From the NCBI GenBank assembly GCA_963789955.1, contig CAWBMV010000001.1, positions 416,001 through 480,000 on the forward strand: a stretch of 64,000 nucleotides of DNA, given 5' to 3'. Position numbers and translations under genes: made by a program. Origin of the DNA: an uncultured Candidatus Rokubacteria bacterium. GTDB lineage: Bacteria; Methylomirabilota; Methylomirabilia; Rokubacteriales; CSP1-6. Below the pieces are notes generated by a model. The model saw only the letters and a program-made list of their open reading frames with translations. It was not told the origin of the DNA and did no database searches. Positions 57,768 through 64,000 of this stretch are shown here, piece after piece (position 1 is the first letter of the stretch; each line of letters starts with the position of its first letter).

Positions 57768-60113
57768 ATGCTCGGCGGGATCCTCGACGATCTGCTGACC
57801 TCACCGTCGACGGGGCCGTGCATTACGGCGACGCGTCACTTTCCCGCGCGGCCCCCGGTCCTCGTTCCGTTTCCGGCGTCGCTCGATCCACGAATCGGCG
57901 ACGCGCTGCGTGCGCGCGGGATCGGCGAGCTCTACTCCCATCAAGCGCGCGCGTGGGACCTGATCGCGAAGGGCCAGAACGTGGTCGTCGTCACGCCGAC
58001 CGCGTCCGGCAAGACCCTCTGCTACAACCTGCCCGCCCTCCAGGCGCTCGTGCACCAGCCGGACGCGCGAATCCTCTATCTATTTCCCACGAAGGCGCTG
58101 GCCCAGGATCAGCTCGCCGAGCTGGAGGAGCTCGCCCGGCAGCTGCCCGAGATGCGGATGTTCACCTACGACGGCGACACGCCGCAGGACGCGCGCCGCG
58201 CGGTGCGGGCGCGCGCGAATCTCGTGCTGACGAATCCCGACATGCTGCACTCGGGGATCCTGCCGCATCACACGAAGTGGGCGACGCTCTTCCAGAACCT
58301 CCGCTACGTCGTGATCGACGAGCTGCACGCGTACCGCGGCGTCTTCGGCTCGCATCTGGCGAACGTGCTCCGGCGGCTGCGTCGCATCTGCCGGCACTAC
58401 GGCTCGGCGCCCCAGTTCATCATGGCGTCGGCGACGATCGCGAACCCGGGTGAGCTGGCCAGCCGCCTGATCGGCGAGGCGGTCGAGGAGATCACCGAGA
58501 GCGGCGCCCCGACGGGCGACAAGGTGTTCGTCTGCTACAACCCGCCCGTCGTGAACCCGGAGCTCGGGATCCGAGCTCCGTATCTCGGCGAGGCCGCGAA
58601 GCTCGCGCTCCGCTTCCTCAAGCAGAAGATCGCGACGATCGTGTTCGCGCAGAGCCGGCTCGCCACCGAGGTCTTGCTGACGGCGATCAAGAGCGGCGTC
58701 GCCGACAAGACGGGCGATAGCGGAATCGTCCGCGGCTATCGCGGCGGCTATCTGCCGACGCGTCGCCGGGCGGTCGAGAAGGGCCTGCGCGAGGGCGAGG
58801 TGCTGGGCGTCGTGTCGACCAACGCGCTCGAGCTCGGCGTCGACATCGGTCACCTCGACGTCGCGGTGCTCGCCGGCTATCCCGGCGCGATCGCGTCGCT
58901 GTGGCAGCAGGCCGGACGCGCCGGCCGGCGGACCGGCCAGTCCGCGGCCGTCCTCGTGGCGACGAGCGCGCCGCTGGATCAGTTCATGATGACGCACCCC
59001 GAGTACCTGTTCGGGACGCCGCCCGAGCACGCGCGCGTGAACCCGAACAACCCGTTCATCCTGGTGAACCATCTCAAGTGCGCCGCCTTCGAGCTGCCGA
59101 TCGGCGAGGACGAGCGGTTCGGCGAGCTCGACGTCCGGAAGTTCTTGTCGGCACTCGACGACGAGGGGGTGCTGCATCACGCCGGACGCCACTGGCACTG
59201 GGCGTCCGAGACCTACCCGGCCGATCACACGTCGCTCCGCACGGTCACCACCGACAACTTCCTGGTGATCGACACGACCGCGCGCGACGAGAAGCAAACG
59301 AAGCGTCGTCAGATCATCGCCGAGGTCGACTGGGGCAGCGCGTTCGCGACGATCTATCCCAAGGCGATCTATCTCGTGGAGAGCGAGCCGTACGAGGTTC
59401 AGGAGCTTCACTTCCGCGAGGACGAGGAGAAGGTCGCGTACGTCAAGCGCGTCGCGGTCGACTACTTCACCGATGCGATCAGTGCCAAGGGCGTCTGGAT
59501 CCTGCAGCGGCTGGCCGAGGCGCCGCCGGCCCCGTATCTCGCCGAGCAGGGCGAGGTGCTGGTGGCCGAGAAGGTCGTCGGCTTCAAGAAGATCAAGATG
59601 GGAACGCTCGAGAACGTCGGCTCGGGCGAGGTCGAGCTGCCCCAGCAGGAGATGCAGACGACGGCGGCGTGGATCACGGTGGGAGCCGAGACCCTGGCGC
59701 ACGTCAGTGCCTCGCGTGAAGAGCTGATCGACGGGCTGCGGGCGGTGACCTACTTGCTGCATCACCTGGCGCCGATCTTCCTGCTCTGCGACATCCGCGA
59801 CCTCGGGTCGTGGCTCGGCGACACGACCCCGGCGACGAGCGGCGTCGTGGCGACGCGCGAATCGACCAAGCGCCGCCTGATGGACGCCGCGCAGTTCAAC
59901 CCGACCATCTATCTTTACGATTCCCACGCCGGCGGGATCGGCCTCGCGGAGCATCTGTTCGACATCCTGCCCGACCTCCTGCGTCGCGGGCTCGAGACGC
60001 TCGAGACGTGCGCCTGCCGTGACGGCTGTCCCTCGTGCGTCGGACCGGTCAACGAGGTCGGCCGCCGGGCCAAGAGAACGGCGCAGGCGCTCCTGCGCGC
60101 GCTGACCGACTGA
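57768..60113 (+). CDS. DEAD/DEAH-box helicase with C-terminal DUF1998 (MrfA/YprA/Hrq1-like)
   Basis: PTASGKT, DELH, SAT, QQAGRAGR, YDSHAGGIG, CACRDGCPSC. Confidence 0.92.
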   Translation: MLGGILDDLLTSPSTGPCITATRHFPARPPVLVPFPASLDPRIGDALRARGIGELYSHQARAWDLIAKGQNVVVVTPTASGKTLCYNLPALQALVHQPDARILYLFPTKALAQDQLAELEELARQLPEMRMFTYDGDTPQDARRAVRARANLVLTNPDMLHSGILPHHTKWATLFQNLRYVVIDELHAYRGVFGSHLANVLRRLRRICRHYGSAPQFIMASATIANPGELASRLIGEAVEEITESGAPTGDKVFVCYNPPVVNPELGIRAPYLGEAAKLALRFLKQKIATIVFAQSRLATEVLLTAIKSGVADKTGDSGIVRGYRGGYLPTRRRAVEKGLREGEVLGVVSTNALELGVDIGHLDVAVLAGYPGAIASLWQQAGRAGRRTGQSAAVLVATSAPLDQFMMTHPEYLFGTPPEHARVNPNNPFILVNHLKCAAFELPIGEDERFGELDVRKFLSALDDEGVLHHAGRHWHWASETYPADHTSLRTVTTDNFLVIDTTARDEKQTKRRQIIAEVDWGSAFATIYPKAIYLVESEPYEVQELHFREDEEKVAYVKRVAVDYFTDAISAKGVWILQRLAEAPPAPYLAEQGEVLVAEKVVGFKKIKMGTLENVGSGEVELPQQEMQTTAAWITVGAETLAHVSASREELIDGLRAVTYLLHHLAPIFLLCDIRDLGSWLGDTTPATSGVVATRESTKRRLMDAAQFNPTIYLYDSHAGGIGLAEHLFDILPDLLRRGLETLETCACRDGCPSCVGPVNEVGRRAKRTAQALLRALTD

Positions 60114-60119
60114 GGCCTC

Positions 60120-61322
60120 GTGGCCGGCCACTCGCTCGACGATCTCCGTCGTGTCATCCGCCGCATCGAGACCCGGCGCCCGAAGCGGCCTGCGCCTCAG
60201 CCGATCGAAGAGGTGCTGGGCGGCGAGGTGGTCGACACCGGTGAGGGAAAGCTCCTGGTGGTGCGCCGCGAGTTCCCGCTCTCGCACCAGCACGGACGTC
60301 AGACGCTCGGCGCCGTGCTCGAGGCGCCCCTCGATCTCCTGAGCGCGGTCGCGCGCGCCGAGCGCCCCGTCGAGGACGCGCGGCGGCTTCTCTTCCTCGA
60401 CGCCGAGACGACCGGGCTCGCCGGCGGCACCGGCACCTACGCGTTCCTGGTCGGAGCCGCCTGGCTCGAGGACGACCGCCTCGTGCTCACGCAACACTTC
60501 ATGCGCGATTTCGACGAGGAGCCCGCGCTGCTGGCGGCGCTGCGGCCGCTCCTGGAGCGAGCGAGCGGTGCTCGTGACTTTCAACGGGGCGACCTTCGAC
60601 CTGCCGCTGCTCGAGACACGCTTTCTCATGACCCGCCTTCGCTGGCCGATCTTGCCGCACCTCGACTTGCTGCGGCCGGCGCGGCGCGTGTGGACGTCGT
60701 ATCTGGCCGACTGCCGGCTGGCCACGCTCGAGCGCGAAGTCGTCGGGCGTCGCGCGCGAGGACGACATCGCCGGCGGCCTGATCCCGGCGCTCTACTTCG
60801 ACTTCCTTCGCTCGCGCCGGGCGGCGCCGCTGGGCCGGGTGCTTGCCCACAACCGGGACGACATCCTGACCCTGGTGGCGCTACTCGGCTGGTTCGGCAA
60901 GGCGCTGACGTCGCGCGCGGACCTGTCGGCCGGCGAGCTCGGCGGCCTCGGGCGGCTCTGGGAGCCGGTGGACGTCGAGCGCGCGCTCGACGTGCTATCG
61001 CGACGCGCTCGCCGCGGGGCTCTCCGGCGCGCCGGCGCAGGCGGTGCGCCTCCATCTGGCGAGGTGGGAGAAACGATTCGCCCGATGGGATGTCGCGTGC
61101 TCGTTGTGGGAAGCGGCGGCGCGCGATGCCGGGTTCGACCCGCGCCCGTGGGAGGAGCTGGCCAAATTCCACGAGCACCGTCGCCGCGATTTCGTCGCCG
61201 CCCGCGCCGTCGTCGAGGACGCGCTGGGACTCGCGGAGGATGCCGGCGTTTCACCGCGCGTCCGTGAGGCGTTCGCGTACCGGCGCGCCCGCCTCGACCG
61301 TCGCCTCCTGACGCGCGGCTGA
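60120..61322 (+). CDS. RNase H-like DEDD exonuclease with TPR-like tail (MrfB/YprB-like); apparent frameshifts near 60567, 60750, 60992
   Basis: FLDAETTGL, TFNGATFDLP, HLDLL, HNRDD, ELAKFHEHR spread over four ORFs. Confidence 0.85.
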
Positions 61323-61359
61323 CAGCACAGGCGCCAGGGGGCCGGTGCTCAGGCCTCCG

Positions 61360-62320
61360 TCACGGCACCGGGGTCAGCGGCGGCTTTCCGTCGAGCACGG
61401 CCAGGCAGTTGCGGATGGCGAGCGTCGCCATCGCGAGCCGCGTATCGAACGATGCGCTCGCGATATGCGGCGCGAGCACGACGTTCTTCAGCGGCAGCAG
61501 ACCCGGGTGGACTTTCGGCTCTTCCTCGAAGACGTCGAGCCCGGCGCCGGCGATCCATCCCTCCTTGAGGGCGCGGACCAGCGCGGCCTCGTCGACGACG
61601 GGGCCGCGGGCGGCGTTCACGAGCACCGCGGACTTCTTCATCAGCCTCAACGTGCGCTCGTTCATCAGATGGCGGGTCTCGGGCAAGAGCGGGGTGTGAA
61701 GGCTGACGAAGTCGGCCTCCGCCAACAGCGGCTCGAGCTCCGTGCGGCTCGCGCGTAGCTCGCGCTCGACCGCCGCATCGGCCCGGAAGGCGTCCTGGTA
61801 GAGGACGCGCATGTTGAATCCGAGAGCCCGCCGCGCGACCGCCCGTCCGATGCGCCCGAACCCGACAACGCCCAGGGTCTTTCCGTGGATGTCCGCGCCC
61901 CAGAGAAGATCCCACTCCCAGCGTTGCCACTGACCCGAGCGCGCGAAGTGGTCGGCCTCGACGACGCGCCGGGCGGCGGCCATCAAGAGGGTCCACGCGA
62001 AGTCCGCGGTCGTCTCGGTGAGGACGTCGGGCGTGTTGGTGACGACGACGCCGCGGCGACGCGCCGCCGCCACGTCGATATTGTTGTAGCCAACGGCGAC
62101 GTTCGCGACGACCTTCACCGTCGGCGCCGCGGCCAGCACCTCGTCGTCGATGGCGCTGATGATGTGGCAGATCAGGCCGTCCTTGCCGCGAAGTCGGGCG
62201 ATCAAGTCAGCCTTGGACAGCCCGGTCTGCGCGTTGTTGTAGTCGACGGCGATGTCCTTGGGAATCATGCCGAGGGCTTCATGCTGGCAAAACATTGGAA
62301 ATCAATATGCTTTTCGCCAT
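61360..62320 (-). CDS. D-2-hydroxyacid dehydrogenase (glyoxylate reductase-like); apparent frameshift near 62283
   Basis: VAVGYNNID, TNTPDVL, GFGRIG, NAARG, PHIASA; true N-terminus MAKSILISNVLP from ATG 62320 with GGAG RBS. Confidence 0.9.
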
Positions 62321-62380
62321 CGTCTCCCGATCTCCTCGGATCGAATTCCGCTTGCGACGGCTGTAGCCGGGCCCGTATAT

Positions 62381-62407
62381 TTAGCACTCGACATTTCAGA
62401 GTGCTAA
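62381..62407 (+). promoter_or_regulatory. CIRCE element (HrcA operator)
   Basis: Perfect TTAGCACTC-N9-GAGTGCTAA upstream of groES. Confidence 0.97.
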
Positions 62408-62492
62408 CAGCCAGGCAGTTGGAGGACGGGCAAGCCATCGCCCGCAGAAGGCTAGCGCAACATCAACAAAGCACCAAGGAGGCAGAGACACC

Positions 62493-62780
62493 ATGAAGAT
62501 TCGTCCGCTGCATGACCGCATCCTCGTCGAGCGGCTCGAGGAGCAGGAGGTTCGCCGGGGCGGGATCATCATCCCGGACACCGCGAAGGAAAAGCCGCAA
62601 GAGGGCAAGGTCATCGCCGCCGGCACCGGTAAGGTCGGCGACGACGGCAAGAAGATCCCCCTCGACGTGAAGGCCGGCGACAAGATCCTGTTCGGGAAGT
62701 ACTCGGGCTCCGAGGTCAAGATCGACGACAAGGAATATCTCATCCTGCGCGAGGAAGACGTCCTCGCCATTCTCGAGTAA
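62493..62780 (+). CDS. groES: Co-chaperonin GroES
   Basis: [25 protein letters not shown]. Confidence 0.98.
   Translation: MKIRPLHDRILVERLEEQEVRRGGIIIPDTAKEKPQEGKVIAAGTGKVGDDGKKIPLDVKAGDKILFGKYSGSEVKIDDKEYLILREEDVLAILE

Positions 62781-64000
<1,220 letters not shown>

Noticed and set aside
57768..60113. DISARM/Druantia-type defence system (DUF1998 helicase)
   Set aside because: No methyltransferase, phospholipase D or other defence partners; the neighbour is a YprB/MrfB-like exonuclease.
58080..61178. Very long antisense ORFs (also 2089..4809, 6859..9261, 38463..40487, 42057..44561, 51315..53579)
   Set aside because: Shadow ORFs opposite well-supported genes, expected in high-GC DNA; no recognisable motifs.

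Overview
High-GC bacterial chromosome segment. Gene content and style (many luciferase-like monooxygenases, amidohydrolases, orphan ABC substrate-binding proteins, GC-rich palindromic intergenic repeats) suggest Candidatus Rokubacteria/Methylomirabilota; this assignment is inference only. The first ~36 kb is accessory metabolism and signalling: an oxc/frc-like TPP enzyme plus CoA-transferase cluster, a deacetylase-Rieske ferredoxin-reductase-LLM operon, two hybrid kinases, a deletion-fused response regulator/kinase, one apparently intact IS with unusual CG termini, an ECF sigma/anti-sigma with cupredoxin and metallophosphoesterase, an orphan mreB, and five sigma-54 promoter matches. The rest is core genome: rnpB, rnhA, tRNA-Ile(CAU), rpoD-dnaG-mutS2-rpsU, pth-rplY-prs-tRNA-Gln-ispE-lolB-like-TPR, rlmD, dppBC, mrfAB-like helicase/exonuclease, CIRCE-groES-groEL. 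About a dozen frameshifts, one in the normally essential ispE, look like sequencing or assembly errors. Most notable: a seamless DciA/DUF721-to-lipobox-TPR fusion, a four-His-repeat unknown protein behind an LLM, an electron-transfer chain with no terminal oxygenase, back-to-back ECF promoters, a candidate structured RNA after tRNA-Ile, and a 44-bp perfect inverted-repeat element. No CRISPR array, prophage or rRNA was seen.
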